From: Gemmatimonadaceae bacterium
Lineage (GTDB): Bacteria > Gemmatimonadota > Gemmatimonadetes > Gemmatimonadales > Gemmatimonadaceae
Direction: 5' to 3'
DNA: 64,000 bases
NCBI GenBank assembly: GCA_051859245.1
Contig: JBHYGA010000001.1
Span: forward strand, 192,001 to 256,000
Translations under genes and position numbers: made by a program
The notes under the pieces: generated by a model
The model's database searches: none
Told to the model about the DNA's origin: nothing
Seen by the model: only the letters and a program-made list of their open reading frames with translations
Part shown: positions 40,793 through 51,308 of the stretch, piece by piece
Position numbering within the stretch: position 1 is the first letter of the stretch
Layout of the letters: the number at the start of each line of letters is the position of its first letter

Positions 40793-42028
40793 GTGCGTTC
40801 TTCGCTCGCCATCCTCCGCCGCGTCGTGTTCTGGTCGCATCTCGTGCTTGGCGTTTCTGCCAGCCTCGTGATCCTGCTCATGTCCGTGACCGGCGTGCTT
40901 CTGGGGTTTGAACGGCAAGTCATCGCGTTGGTGGACGGCGCGCCTCGCGTGACGGTGGCCGATGCACCGCGGTTGCCGCTCGACACGCTCCTGTCGCGGG
41001 CCGGCATTGCTCGCGCCGAAGTGGCTTCGATCGCAGTGCGGGCGCGAGCCGAAGAGCCAGCGATTGTGCGGTTCCGCGATCGCGAGCGCACGGCGCTGAC
41101 ATTGGATCCGTACACGGGTCAGTCCATCAAGGTGCGAACCGACGGCAAGGCGCGTGCGTGGATGGCATCGCTCAGACGGTGGCACCGCTGGATCGGCGCC
41201 GAGAACGGCGAGCTGCGCACGCAGCTCAAGGCGGTGACAGGGGCTGCGAATCTCGCGTTTCTCGTCATTGTGGTGAGCGGCTTGTGGCTCTGGTGGCCGC
41301 GCAACTGGAATTTGAAAGCGCTCCGCTCGGTGCTCTGGTTTCGGCGCGGACTGTCGCCGAAAGCGCGCGACTTCAACTGGCACAATACGATTGGTTTCTG
41401 GTCGCTTATTCCGCTCTTTGTTGTCGTGGCCAGCGGCGTTTTCATTTCGTATCGCTGGCCTGGGTTGTGGCTTGATCGGGCGCTTGGTTCAGCGCAGGAA
41501 AAAGCGGCGGCGGTCGCAGCACTGAATGAACAATCGTCCCCGCGCGCGGAGAATGCGGAATCGGCTCCGCGAGGTGGCTCAGCAACGCAGCGAACCGCCG
41601 ACAGCAACGCCGAAGCGCCCGCCGATTCCACGATGGCACTGCCCGCGCAGGCCCCACTGTACGGTTACTTCGCGGTGGCAACACAACAGGTTCCCGATTG
41701 GCAATCGCTCACAATCACGCTGCCCGACGTCGCGGATACCACCGCCACTTTGGCTGTGGCCGAAGGCAATACGTACCGACCGGATTTGCGCACCACGCTG
41801 GTTGTTGACGCGAGCACCAGCGAGGTTCGCGAGGTGCGAGACTACACCAGTCTGAGCGCCAGTCGTCAGATTCGCGCGTGGGTACGCTTCGGGCACACGG
41901 GTGAAGTGTTCGGACTGGCCGGCCAGACGTTGGCCACACTCGTGACCCTTGGGTCAGTGGTGCTGGTGTGGACCGGGATCGCGCTTTCCTGGCGACGCCT
42001 GCTCGCGTGGTGGCATCGCGCGCGCTGA
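40793..42028 (+). CDS. PepSY-associated TM-helix protein (iron-regulated membrane protein type)
   Basis: FWSHLVLG, SVTG, LDPYTG, RWHRW, SGLWLWWP, WHNTIG, GHTGEVFG. Confidence 0.9.
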   Translation: MRSSLAILRRVVFWSHLVLGVSASLVILLMSVTGVLLGFERQVIALVDGAPRVTVADAPRLPLDTLLSRAGIARAEVASIAVRARAEEPAIVRFRDRERTALTLDPYTGQSIKVRTDGKARAWMASLRRWHRWIGAENGELRTQLKAVTGAANLAFLVIVVSGLWLWWPRNWNLKALRSVLWFRRGLSPKARDFNWHNTIGFWSLIPLFVVVASGVFISYRWPGLWLDRALGSAQEKAAAVAALNEQSSPRAENAESAPRGGSATQRTADSNAEAPADSTMALPAQAPLYGYFAVATQQVPDWQSLTITLPDVADTTATLAVAEGNTYRPDLRTTLVVDASTSEVREVRDYTSLSASRQIRAWVRFGHTGEVFGLAGQTLATLVTLGSVVLVWTGIALSWRRLLAWWHRAR

Positions 42029-42042
42029 GTCGTCTTGGGTGC

Positions 42043-42624
42043 ATGATCAGCGCCGACAAGTCTGCTCGCGAATACCTGTATCTGCAGGCAATAGCGTACG
42101 CAGTGATTGAATCACCGCTGATGTTTGCGCTGTTGCCACCGGGTGCGACTCCCATGGGGTGGCCGATGTTTTTCGGCGGCACGCTGTGCGCAGGCATCGC
42201 GACTGTTGCGTTGCAACGCGGTCTGGCCGCGATGCTCTCGGGCGTGATCGGAAGTGCTACCGGCATGAGCGGCGGTGGTGGTGCGACCACCTCATACTTT
42301 GCGATGTCTCAGGTGCAAAGTCTGATCGTGCGCGAGCGTTGGGACGAAGCCGTCGCCCAACTTCAGGCCGCCAGCCGTGTGCATAAGGGCGAGACTGGGG
42401 CCATCATCTCGCAACAACTCGCTGACCTGCTCAGCTTCAAACTGCACCAGCCGGAAGAAGCCGTGCGCAGTTATCGCAAGGCGCGCGACGCATGGTCCAC
42501 CGTACACGGCATTCGCGGTGAGGAGGGCGTGGTGTACTGCACGCGTCGCCTGATCGATCTGTATGACGATGCGCTTGGCAACGCCGGTGCGGCCGAACGC
42601 GAGCGAGCCCGTTTGCACGCCTAG
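42043..42624 (+). CDS. Hypothetical membrane protein with TPR-like C-terminus
   Basis: Two hydrophobic segments then helical repeats. Confidence 0.65.
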   Translation: MISADKSAREYLYLQAIAYAVIESPLMFALLPPGATPMGWPMFFGGTLCAGIATVALQRGLAAMLSGVIGSATGMSGGGGATTSYFAMSQVQSLIVRERWDEAVAQLQAASRVHKGETGAIISQQLADLLSFKLHQPEEAVRSYRKARDAWSTVHGIRGEEGVVYCTRRLIDLYDDALGNAGAAERERARLHA

Positions 42625-42660
42625 CGTTCGCCTGGCGCATGCCGTCGCGAACTGTGGCCG

Positions 42661-43905
42661 TCAGCCGGTGAACAGGTGAATGAACAGCTGACAGAACACT
42701 GCACCGACAATTGTCATCGAGAAGCCCCACAGCAGCAGACTGCGGAACAGTTTGGCCGGATCATGCCCTTCGGGAAGCGCGGCAATGCACAATGCGCCGA
42801 GCGTAGAAAGCGGCGACACATCAACCAGCGCGGCTCCGACGTTGATGCTGAATGCGATTTCCAGCGGATCGCCGCCGCCGAGTTTCTCCACGAGGCCCGG
42901 TATGGCCGGAATGAACGTGGGATACACCACACCAGACGTAGAGCTGTACGTGGAAATGGTGCCGGTTACAAACGCCATCATGCCGTTGACCGTCTCCGGT
43001 GTCGCTACGCGCGCGAGCAGCGTGGTGAAGAGATCCATGCCGCCGGTTCCCTCAAGCACACCAACAAGCACACTTACACCGCACACCATGACAATCACGG
43101 CGAGCGGTACCTGCTTGATCATCGACGCATCGTCAACGGTTTTGAATAACACCAGCAGCGCAGCGGCGGCGAACGCTGCCAGTCCAAGATTCACCTTGAG
43201 AAACACCACTGCACACATCCACACGGCGCCGATGAGCAGGGTGATCGTTTGACGGCGATCAAGTGGCGGGGCGACTTCGAACTCCACCATCGTGTGTTCG
43301 CGCAACAGTTTCGGACCACCAAACAGCGCCCAGGCCGCAAGCGCCGCGAGCGCGTGCGCGGCGAAGTTTGCGGCCCACACGGCCCACTCGTGTCCACCGA
43401 GACCAACCCGCTCCATTGACGACGAGACAACGACACCAACAGAGCTGAAGGGCGAAAGATTGCCCGCGTTCGCGCCGTTGCCGACCATGAGCGCGGTGAG
43501 CAGCATTGGAATACGCGCGCGATGACTGGCGGCCATGGCGAGCGGCGCGAGCAACGCCAGCGTGGCAATGGATCCCGGTCCCACAGTACTGATCGCGCAC
43601 GCGAACACAAAGAACATGAGTGGTAACCACGCAACCTGACCGCCGCACAGTCGCAAGGCTCGTTGTGTCACCGCCGCCATCGTACCGTTCGCCTGCGCAG
43701 CACCAAAGAGCAGGGTCACGCCAAGCAGCGTGAGAAAGAGCGACGCCGGAAACGTGGCCATGAGCGCGTCGACTTTCCAACCCGCTGCGTACATGGCCAC
43801 CGGCCACGCAACGGCGACGGCCAGAATACCAACATTCAGTTTGGTGCCAAAGCTGGCGACGATCACTACGAGCAATGCGAGCAGTGACAGCGTAGCCGGG
43901 CTCAT
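42661..43905 (-). CDS. matC: Dicarboxylate transporter (MatC/SLC13-like)
   Basis: KLNVGILA, FPASLFLTLLGVTLLF, GNLSPFS, SPLSTLGAL; translationally coupled to the matB-like gene. Confidence 0.75.
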   Translation of the reverse strand: MSPATLSLLALLVVIVASFGTKLNVGILAVAVAWPVAMYAAGWKVDALMATFPASLFLTLLGVTLLFGAAQANGTMAAVTQRALRLCGGQVAWLPLMFFVFACAISTVGPGSIATLALLAPLAMAASHRARIPMLLTALMVGNGANAGNLSPFSSVGVVVSSSMERVGLGGHEWAVWAANFAAHALAALAAWALFGGPKLLREHTMVEFEVAPPLDRRQTITLLIGAVWMCAVVFLKVNLGLAAFAAAALLVLFKTVDDASMIKQVPLAVIVMVCGVSVLVGVLEGTGGMDLFTTLLARVATPETVNGMMAFVTGTISTYSSTSGVVYPTFIPAIPGLVEKLGGGDPLEIAFSINVGAALVDVSPLSTLGALCIAALPEGHDPAKLFRSLLLWGFSMTIVGAVFCQLFIHLFTG

Positions 43906-45377
43906 GTTCCGTGTGTCGGCAGCAGATGTTTTTGTACTTTGCCGAGCGCGGTACGCGGGAGTGCGTCAACACGCACAAACGCACGTGGCACCTTGAATGA
44001 CGCGAGCTCCTTGCGCACCTGCGCCTCAATCACGGCCAAATCCGTGGCGGCATCACACACCAGATACGCCACCGGCACCTCACCACGCACCGGATCGGGT
44101 TGACCTGCGACGGCGGCCTCATGCACACCATCAAACGTGGTGAGCAGCTCTTCAATTTCGCGCGGATAAATGTTGAAGCCGCCCGAAATAATCAGGTCAG
44201 AGCGTCGCCCTTGCAGCGTGATGTATCCATCAGCAGATAGCACGCCAATGTCACCGGTGCGGAACCAGCCATCGACGAATGCCGCTGTGGTTGCGTCCTC
44301 TCGCATCCAGTAACCGCTGCACACGTTCGGGCCGCGCACCCACAGCTCGCCACTGCAGTCCGCACCAACAGCACGGTTCGCTGCATCGCGAATCTCGACA
44401 CTCACCAGCGGCAGTGCGCGCCCCACCGTGCCCGGACGGCGCTCGCCCACGAGTGGATTGCTGACATTCATGAACGTTTCGGTCATGCCGTACCGCTCAA
44501 GGATCGTGTGACCAAAGGTGTCGGCAAACTGCCCCAGTACCGAGGCTGGCAGTGGCGCGGATCCGGAGACAAACAACCGTGCACGCGCCCCAATGGCACG
44601 TGCGCGGTCAGCGGGTACGTCAAGCAACCGCACGTACATGGTGGGTACACCAAAGAACAGCGTGGGTTGATACGATTCAAACCATTGCACAGCAAGCGCG
44701 GCGTCGAATCGTTCAACCAGCCGCATGTGACACCCACTCGCCAGCCAGCACTGCACGCCGTTGCCGAGTCCATGCACATGGAAGAGCGGCAGCGCGGCGA
44801 GATACCGATCCGACGCGGTGATCTGCCACGCGGTGAGCAATGACAGCGCATTGGCGGCAAAGTTGCCGTGCGTGAGGATCGCTCCTTTGGCCAGACCAGT
44901 TGTGCCCGACGTATAAATGAGCGCCGCTGGCGTATCCGCGCGCGACAGCACGACGTCGCGGTGCGCGGGCCGTACGCTCGCGGCGTTGGTGAGCGCATCT
45001 ACATCCCAGAGTTCAACGCCGGTCGGGAAATCGGCGCTGCGATCAGCAGTGGTCACCACCGCGCGAGGCGCCGAGTCGGAACAGATGTGCCGGATCTCGC
45101 GCGCCTTGTACAACACGTTGATTGGCACCACGATCACGCCGAGCTTGACGCAGGCCAGCCACAGGTCAATCACCTCCACCCGATTGGGCAGGCAAAAGGC
45201 CAGTCGGTCGCCGGGGCGCAGGCCACGATCCTTAAGCAGCGAGGCAAGCTGATTGCTCCGCGCCTCAAGGTCGGCGAACCGCAGCGACAGCAGTGCGCCA
45301 TCGGCAGTGGCACACTCCAGTGCCGGCTGGCTGGCGCGTCCGAGCAGCGACGCATCGTAAAGTTCGAGCAGCGACAT
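43902..45377 (-). CDS. matB: Acyl-CoA synthetase, malonyl-CoA synthetase-like
   Basis: YTSGTTG, LPLFHVHGL, GVPTMY, ILERYGMTE, GTVG, GKVQK. Confidence 0.8.
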   Translation of the reverse strand: MSLLELYDASLLGRASQPALECATADGALLSLRFADLEARSNQLASLLKDRGLRPGDRLAFCLPNRVEVIDLWLACVKLGVIVVPINVLYKAREIRHICSDSAPRAVVTTADRSADFPTGVELWDVDALTNAASVRPAHRDVVLSRADTPAALIYTSGTTGLAKGAILTHGNFAANALSLLTAWQITASDRYLAALPLFHVHGLGNGVQCWLASGCHMRLVERFDAALAVQWFESYQPTLFFGVPTMYVRLLDVPADRARAIGARARLFVSGSAPLPASVLGQFADTFGHTILERYGMTETFMNVSNPLVGERRPGTVGRALPLVSVEIRDAANRAVGADCSGELWVRGPNVCSGYWMREDATTAAFVDGWFRTGDIGVLSADGYITLQGRRSDLIISGGFNIYPREIEELLTTFDGVHEAAVAGQPDPVRGEVPVAYLVCDAATDLAVIEAQVRKELASFKVPRAFVRVDALPRTALGKVQKHLLPTHGT

Positions 45378-45497
45378 GCGAGCAATGTACGAGTGCCGCG
45401 CCACTTCCGCCGCCATCTGAACACGAAGGCGGACCCGCGCGTAGTTTGAGAGGTCCCTTCTTTGTCTCCCTCCCCATCTGGATCCCGGAACGGCTTC

Positions 45498-47243
45498 ATG
45501 GTGCGCTTGTGCGCGGTTCGCCCCTTCCTGCTGCTGATTGCCTGCTTCGTACTCACACCACGAGTTACTGCGTCACAATCCCTGGCCGCCGTGCCGGTCG
45601 GTTCCAGCGAACTGCGCGATACCATTGCGCTGTACTCCACCGACCGGGCCGCGCTTGGTCGACGCTGGACCGTGGAATACTCACCCGCTCGGCGCGATCG
45701 GTTTGATGCCTTCTATCGCGAATGGCAGGCTCGACTCGCCGAGGTGCGCTTCGAGTCGCTTAGCCAGGAAGGTCGCATTGACTACATATTGCTCGATCAT
45801 CGGCTGCGCTTTGAACGGGCGCAGCTGCAGCGCGAAGCGAAGTTTGCCGCGGAAATGGCGCCGCGCGTGCCATTCGCGAGTGTGATCACGGGCTTTGAAG
45901 AGTCGCGCCGCCGGTTTGACAAGGTTGACGGCGCCGCAACGGCAAAAGCGCTGTCGACACTGGCGACGCAGGTGGACAGTTTCACCAAGCTCACGCGTGC
46001 CAAACGCACCGACTCGGTGACGCGCGCCGAGAAAATTATTGCTCTGCGATCCATCAAGTACGTGGGTGATTTGCAGACCACCGTGCGCAACTGGCAGCGC
46101 TTTTATTCGGGGTATGATCCGTTGTTCTCCTGGTGGACGGACGACCCGTTCCGTCGCGCGAACGACGCGATCACGAAGTATTCGCGCGCTATTCGCGAAG
46201 AGATCGTTGGCCAGCGGGAAGGTCAGGAGGAGCCAATCATTGGTGATCCGATCGGTGCGAGCGGACTGGCGGAAGATCTGGATGCCGAAATGATCGCCTA
46301 CACGCCGGAAGAGTTGATTGCGCTTGCTGAACGCGAGTTCACGTGGATTGAATCCGAGCAGAAGAAAGCCGCGCGCGAGATGGGATTTGGCGACGACTGG
46401 CGGGCCGCGCTCGAGTCGGTAAAACAAGCCTACGTTCCGCCTGGCGAACAGCCGGAGTTAATTCGCCGACTCGCGCGTGAAGCCGTCGCGTTCATCACCG
46501 AGCGCGATCTTGTCACGGTTCCGCCGCTGGCCGACGAGATCTGGCGCATGGAGATGATGTCGCCGCGTCAGCAGCTGGTCTCGCCGTTCTTTCTCGGCGG
46601 TGAGATCATTCAGGTGGCGTATCCAACGGATTCCATGACGCACGAAGACAAGCTCATGAGCATGCGCGGTAATAACCCGCATTTCTCCATGGCCACTGTG
46701 CATCACGAGCTGATTCCCGGTCATCACTTACAGGGGTTCATGACCTCGCGATACAACACGCATCGACAGCTGTTCAGCACCCCGTTCTGGGGCGAAGGCT
46801 GGGCGCTATACTGGGAAATGCTGTTGTGGGATCAAGGGTTTGCAAAAACACCGCAGGATCGCATGGGCATGCTGTTCTGGCGTTCACATCGTCTGGCTCG
46901 CATCATCTTCTCCTTGCGTGTGCATCTTGGTACGATGACGCCGCAGGAGGCGATTGATTTGCTGGTGAATCGTGTGGGACACGAGCGCGCCAACGCCGAG
47001 GCCGAAGTACGCCGCTCGTTTAATGGCACATACTCGCCGTTATATCAGGCGGCGTACATGCTGGGTGGGTTGCAGATTCGCTCGCTGCATCGTGAACTCG
47101 TGCAAAGCGGCCGGATGAGCAACAAGCAGTTTCACGATACAATTCTGCAGGGCGGTCGCATGCCGATCGAGATGGTGCGTGCGCGACTGCTCGGCACACC
47201 GCTCACGCGCGACCATCGCGCGAGTTGGAAGTTCATTCAGTAG
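45498..47243 (+). CDS. DUF885-family exported protein (putative metallopeptidase)
   Basis: HELIPGHHLQ, EGWALYWE, QAAYMLG. Confidence 0.88.
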   Translation: MVRLCAVRPFLLLIACFVLTPRVTASQSLAAVPVGSSELRDTIALYSTDRAALGRRWTVEYSPARRDRFDAFYREWQARLAEVRFESLSQEGRIDYILLDHRLRFERAQLQREAKFAAEMAPRVPFASVITGFEESRRRFDKVDGAATAKALSTLATQVDSFTKLTRAKRTDSVTRAEKIIALRSIKYVGDLQTTVRNWQRFYSGYDPLFSWWTDDPFRRANDAITKYSRAIREEIVGQREGQEEPIIGDPIGASGLAEDLDAEMIAYTPEELIALAEREFTWIESEQKKAAREMGFGDDWRAALESVKQAYVPPGEQPELIRRLAREAVAFITERDLVTVPPLADEIWRMEMMSPRQQLVSPFFLGGEIIQVAYPTDSMTHEDKLMSMRGNNPHFSMATVHHELIPGHHLQGFMTSRYNTHRQLFSTPFWGEGWALYWEMLLWDQGFAKTPQDRMGMLFWRSHRLARIIFSLRVHLGTMTPQEAIDLLVNRVGHERANAEAEVRRSFNGTYSPLYQAAYMLGGLQIRSLHRELVQSGRMSNKQFHDTILQGGRMPIEMVRARLLGTPLTRDHRASWKFIQ

Positions 47244-47304
47244 GCACTTTTGTTGTAGCAGTTCGTCGCATAACCGCAGTCCTCATTTGCTTCAGGGATT
47301 ACAC

Positions 47305-49845
47305 ATGTCTTCTCGATCGACTCTGTTCCACCGCTCTGCAGCGGTGCTCACCGCCGGACTTGCCCTTGGGTTGTCCAGCTGCAAGACGGCACCTGCGGCC
47401 GGTCCAACCACTGCGCCGGCGCGCACCGCCTTGCCCACGACTGGCGCACAGGACTCAACGCGTACCGCTGGCGCGGGCGGTGCGGGAGCCGCGGCCCAAG
47501 GCCCGCGTCCGTACCGACAGGTGATCACGGACCGCACGCAAACGCAGGATGGCCTGTTCAAAGTGCATCGCATTGGCGAGCGCTTGCTGTTCGAGATTCC
47601 TGCCGCGCAGATCGGCAAGGAGATGCTGCTGATCAGCCGTCCGGTTGAATCCACGCTCCAGAATCCGGCCGGTTTCTTTGGCGGCGGCACACGCCTGACC
47701 GTGCAGTGGGATCGGGAAGGCAATCGTGTCGTGTTGCGCGAAAAGCGGCACAATCTGGTGGCCGATTCGACTGCCGCGATCTGGCGTCAGGTGTCGGGCT
47801 TCCGCAAAGGCGCAGTGCTCGCGGTTTTCAACGTGTCGGCGTTTGGACCCGATAGCGCGGCGGTGATCGATGTGAGCGACCTGTTCCTGTCGAACATTCC
47901 GGAACTCGCGCCTGTGGAAGGCATTGTGCGCACGCGCAGCTGGGTCGACAAAACGTGGGCATTCCCGCAGAACATCAACATTGAAGTCACGCAGTCCGGT
48001 GCGTCGCGTCCGCCCGCGGCAGGTGGTCCTGGCGGTGGCGGCGCGCCTGGCGCGCAGGCGCCGCTGCGGTCACAAACCGCGCGCGTGCACTTCAGCATGG
48101 TCACGCTTCCAGATGTGCCGATGATGCCGCGTTGGCAGGATGATCGCGTTGGCTTCATCTCAAGCGCTGCGTTTGATATGTCGCGCCCCGTGCAAAAAGC
48201 CGAGGAAGTGCGCTTCATTCATCGCTTCAAACTCGTCAAGAAGAATCCGAACGCCGCGGTTTCAGATCCGGTCGAGCCGATCATTTACTGGATCGATCCG
48301 GCAACGCCAGACTGGCTCAAGCCGTGGATTATTTCGGGTGTCGACAAGTGGCAGGAAGCATTCCTGGAGGCGGGCTTCAGCAACGCGATCTTTGGTCGCA
48401 TTGCACCAACACCAGAGCAGGATCCGAACTTCTCGCTCTTTGATGCGCGTCATTCGGTGATCTACTGGCGTCCCAGCACCGTGGCCAACGCCACGGGTGG
48501 CCAGATCGTTGACCCGCGCTCGGGCCAGATCATCAAGGGCGAAGTGAACATGTATCACAACATCATGGAGCTGCAGAAGAACTGGTATTTCATTCAGGTC
48601 TCGCCGCTCGATGTGCGTGCGCAAAAATTGCCGATGCCCGATTCGCTGATGGGACGCCTCGTTGAGTACGTAGTGACGCACGAAATCGGACACTCGATTG
48701 GTTTTCCGCACAACATGAAGTCGTCGGCACAGTATCCCGTGGATTCCATTCGCAGCCGCACATTCCTTGAGCGCATGAACGGACACGTGGCCACGCTCAT
48801 GGATTACTCGCGCTTCAACTATGTTGCGCAACCAGAAGACAACATTCCGCCGGATCTCCTGATTCCGAAGGTTGGACCGTACGACAAGTTTGCGGTCAAG
48901 TGGGGCTACTCACCGATTCCCGGCGCGCGTACGCCCGACGAAGAAAAGCCCACCCTTGATCAGTGGGCGCGTCAACAGGATCAGTTCCCGTGGCTGCGTT
49001 TTACCACGGCTGATGCCACGGCCGATCCGGAAGACCTCACCGAAGCCGTGGGCGATGCCGACGCCGTGAAGGCCACCACACTCGGCATGAAAAATCTCAC
49101 GCGCGTGGTGGGGATGATTCGCAGTGCGGCCGAAAAGCCCGGCGAGAGCTACGCGGAGGTGGCCACGCTGTACAATGAAGCCGTTGGACAGTGGGGACGG
49201 TACATGAGTCACGTTGCCGCCGTGGTTGGTGGCGCGTACACGCAGGAAAAGTACGGTACGGGCGAACGCTTTCGTCCCGTGGAAAAGGCGCGTCAGCGCG
49301 AAGCGGTGCGCTATCTGAATCAGGCGGCGTTTCAGGTGCCGGCCATGTTCCTTGATCCGTCGTTGCTGCGTCGCATTGAGAACGAAGGCGCGGTGGATCG
49401 TTTCCGCACGCGTCAGGCCAGTGTGGTGAACTCGCTCATGAATGCGGGCCGACTCAATCGCCTCGCTGAGTTTGAAGCGTTGGCTGAGCGTCCGTCCGAT
49501 GTGTACACGTTGGCCGATCTGATGACCGACATGCGCGCGGGCATCTGGGGCGAGCTCAACGGTTCAAACGTTCGTGTGAACGTGTATCGTCGCAACTTGC
49601 AGCGCGCATTCCTGGCGGCGGCGGATTCACGGTTGAACCCGGCACCCGCAGCAGGCGCCGCTGGCGCGGGTGCCGCAGCCGCCGCTCCGGCATCGTCCGA
49701 TGTGCGCGGTCTCCTGCGCGCGGAGTTGCAGGACCTTGACCGTCTCGCGCAGGCAGCGCTCGGTCGCACGTCCGATCCGATGACACGCATTCACCTGCGC
49801 GATGTACGCACGGAGATTGCCAAGATTCTCGATCCGAAGCAGTAA
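47305..49845 (+). CDS. Zinc-dependent metalloprotease lipoprotein (DUF5117/DUF4953-type)
   Basis: Lipobox LSSC; HEIGHSIGFPHN, MDY, GPYD. Confidence 0.9.
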   Translation: MSSRSTLFHRSAAVLTAGLALGLSSCKTAPAAGPTTAPARTALPTTGAQDSTRTAGAGGAGAAAQGPRPYRQVITDRTQTQDGLFKVHRIGERLLFEIPAAQIGKEMLLISRPVESTLQNPAGFFGGGTRLTVQWDREGNRVVLREKRHNLVADSTAAIWRQVSGFRKGAVLAVFNVSAFGPDSAAVIDVSDLFLSNIPELAPVEGIVRTRSWVDKTWAFPQNINIEVTQSGASRPPAAGGPGGGGAPGAQAPLRSQTARVHFSMVTLPDVPMMPRWQDDRVGFISSAAFDMSRPVQKAEEVRFIHRFKLVKKNPNAAVSDPVEPIIYWIDPATPDWLKPWIISGVDKWQEAFLEAGFSNAIFGRIAPTPEQDPNFSLFDARHSVIYWRPSTVANATGGQIVDPRSGQIIKGEVNMYHNIMELQKNWYFIQVSPLDVRAQKLPMPDSLMGRLVEYVVTHEIGHSIGFPHNMKSSAQYPVDSIRSRTFLERMNGHVATLMDYSRFNYVAQPEDNIPPDLLIPKVGPYDKFAVKWGYSPIPGARTPDEEKPTLDQWARQQDQFPWLRFTTADATADPEDLTEAVGDADAVKATTLGMKNLTRVVGMIRSAAEKPGESYAEVATLYNEAVGQWGRYMSHVAAVVGGAYTQEKYGTGERFRPVEKARQREAVRYLNQAAFQVPAMFLDPSLLRRIENEGAVDRFRTRQASVVNSLMNAGRLNRLAEFEALAERPSDVYTLADLMTDMRAGIWGELNGSNVRVNVYRRNLQRAFLAAADSRLNPAPAAGAAGAGAAAAAPASSDVRGLLRAELQDLDRLAQAALGRTSDPMTRIHLRDVRTEIAKILDPKQ

Positions 49846-49852
49846 GCACAAC

Positions 49853-49890
49853 GAGCGGTAGTCGACAGCAACCACTGTCGGCTACCGCTC
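49853..49890. terminator. 16-bp hairpin between convergent genes
   Basis: GAGCGGTAGTCGACAG-CAACCA-CTGTCGGCTACCGCTC; no U-tract. Confidence 0.55.
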
Positions 49891-49924
49891 GGCGTTAACT
49901 CCGTTCCTCGTTCTTGCAGTGCAT

Positions 49925-51169
49925 CTACCGCCGTCGCGCGGTAATGACGGTGTTGATTTCGTCCGGTCGCGCATTGAGAAAATCAAGTTGCACGCGACCG
50001 TCCGCGCGGGTACTCACGGTAGCTGGAATCGAACTGTTGGTGAGTACCCAACCGGCAGGTAGCACCACCGTGTTGGCGGGTCGACCGAAAGCGCGGTCCC
50101 ACACCAGTTCGTCACCCACGAGCTTGTAGCGCACACTGTCGGTGTACGTCTCCGACATGCGCAGGCGCACCGACGATCCTGCCGTTACCGACGCAAAGTG
50201 AAACACGACGACTTCTGTTTCCGGCGTCACGTTCGACACGGCGAGTTTTGCGTCGGTGATTGCTCGGCCGCGCAGTACGTCCCATCGCAGCGCCTCGCCG
50301 GTATCGAGATTACGCGCGCTCGGATTTGAAACGGAGCTGCCCGCGCGCACCACGTTGAGATACGTGCTCGTTCCCGGGCGCGTCTCCGTGTAGTCATGAT
50401 ACAGATCAAACGCGTGTGTTTCTGGTTGCTGCAGGAAATACACGATCTCGCGATCCTGATGCGCGCGCTCCACCAGTCGTGCGGCAACGCTTGATCGATT
50501 CGCACGTGTGGCCGCGCCGGTGTTCGGTATCGCACGCAGTGTGACGGGCGCTTCGGCTGGCGTGGTGTTCAGGAAGCTGATCCCGATGCGACCGTCTTCT
50601 TCCTGCAATATCTGCGCGGGGTATGACGACGAGACGAGTTCATAACCAGCGGGCAGCACCACCGCGTTGCGTTTGATACCGAGTGGACGAGTGAACACAA
50701 TGGTGTCGCCGCGCGTGTAGTAGCTCGCGCGATCTTCATACGTTTTGATGATCAGCACGCGCTGCTCCCCGCCGCTATCGGGCACCGGTCGGGTAAGCCG
50801 AACGCGAATGTAGCGCTGCAAGCTGTCGTTCACGCGAATGCCACCGGCGCGCGCCTCGGCGGCGCCTACTTCTTCAAACGGCAGCGGCTTGCCGCTGGCG
50901 CGGTCAAACACGGATTCGTCACTGGCAATGCTGCCCGAACGAATTGCGTTGAAATAGTACGTGGCGCCCGCCGTTGTGGCCGTCACTTCGTACAGAATGC
51001 GAAACTTGCCGCTGGTCGGCGCCTGCAACTCGTAGCGCGTGTACGCGTCGGCTTCTGTTTGCCGCGGCGGAGCAGGCGTACTGCTGCGCGGCGCTTGAGC
51101 GTGTACCAGGGTCGCCAGCAACGGGGCGGCAACACACGAAATCAGGGGCGACAGGATGTGAGGGCGCAT
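49925..51169 (-). CDS. Exported hypothetical protein with an internally duplicated domain
   Basis: Signal peptide; NAVVLPAGYELVSSSYPA vs NTVVLPAGWVLTNSSIPA. Confidence 0.8.
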   Translation of the reverse strand: MRPHILSPLISCVAAPLLATLVHAQAPRSSTPAPPRQTEADAYTRYELQAPTSGKFRILYEVTATTAGATYYFNAIRSGSIASDESVFDRASGKPLPFEEVGAAEARAGGIRVNDSLQRYIRVRLTRPVPDSGGEQRVLIIKTYEDRASYYTRGDTIVFTRPLGIKRNAVVLPAGYELVSSSYPAQILQEEDGRIGISFLNTTPAEAPVTLRAIPNTGAATRANRSSVAARLVERAHQDREIVYFLQQPETHAFDLYHDYTETRPGTSTYLNVVRAGSSVSNPSARNLDTGEALRWDVLRGRAITDAKLAVSNVTPETEVVVFHFASVTAGSSVRLRMSETYTDSVRYKLVGDELVWDRAFGRPANTVVLPAGWVLTNSSIPATVSTRADGRVQLDFLNARPDEINTVITARRR

Positions 51170-51308
51170 GCGCCAACATGCGGCGTGACGCGGCCCTTCG
51201 CGAGCCCTGACAACGTCGGCCAACTTCCCTCGGTCCGCTCAAGCGGTGACATTCATCGAGTCAACATCCTTGCGCACTCCTGCCGAGTCCGCTTCTTCGG
51301 AGATTCTC

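Noticed and set aside
43902..45377. Ligase as the p-coumarate-CoA ligase for PYP
   Set aside because: Motifs and the MatC-like neighbour point to MatB; 18 kb from pyp.
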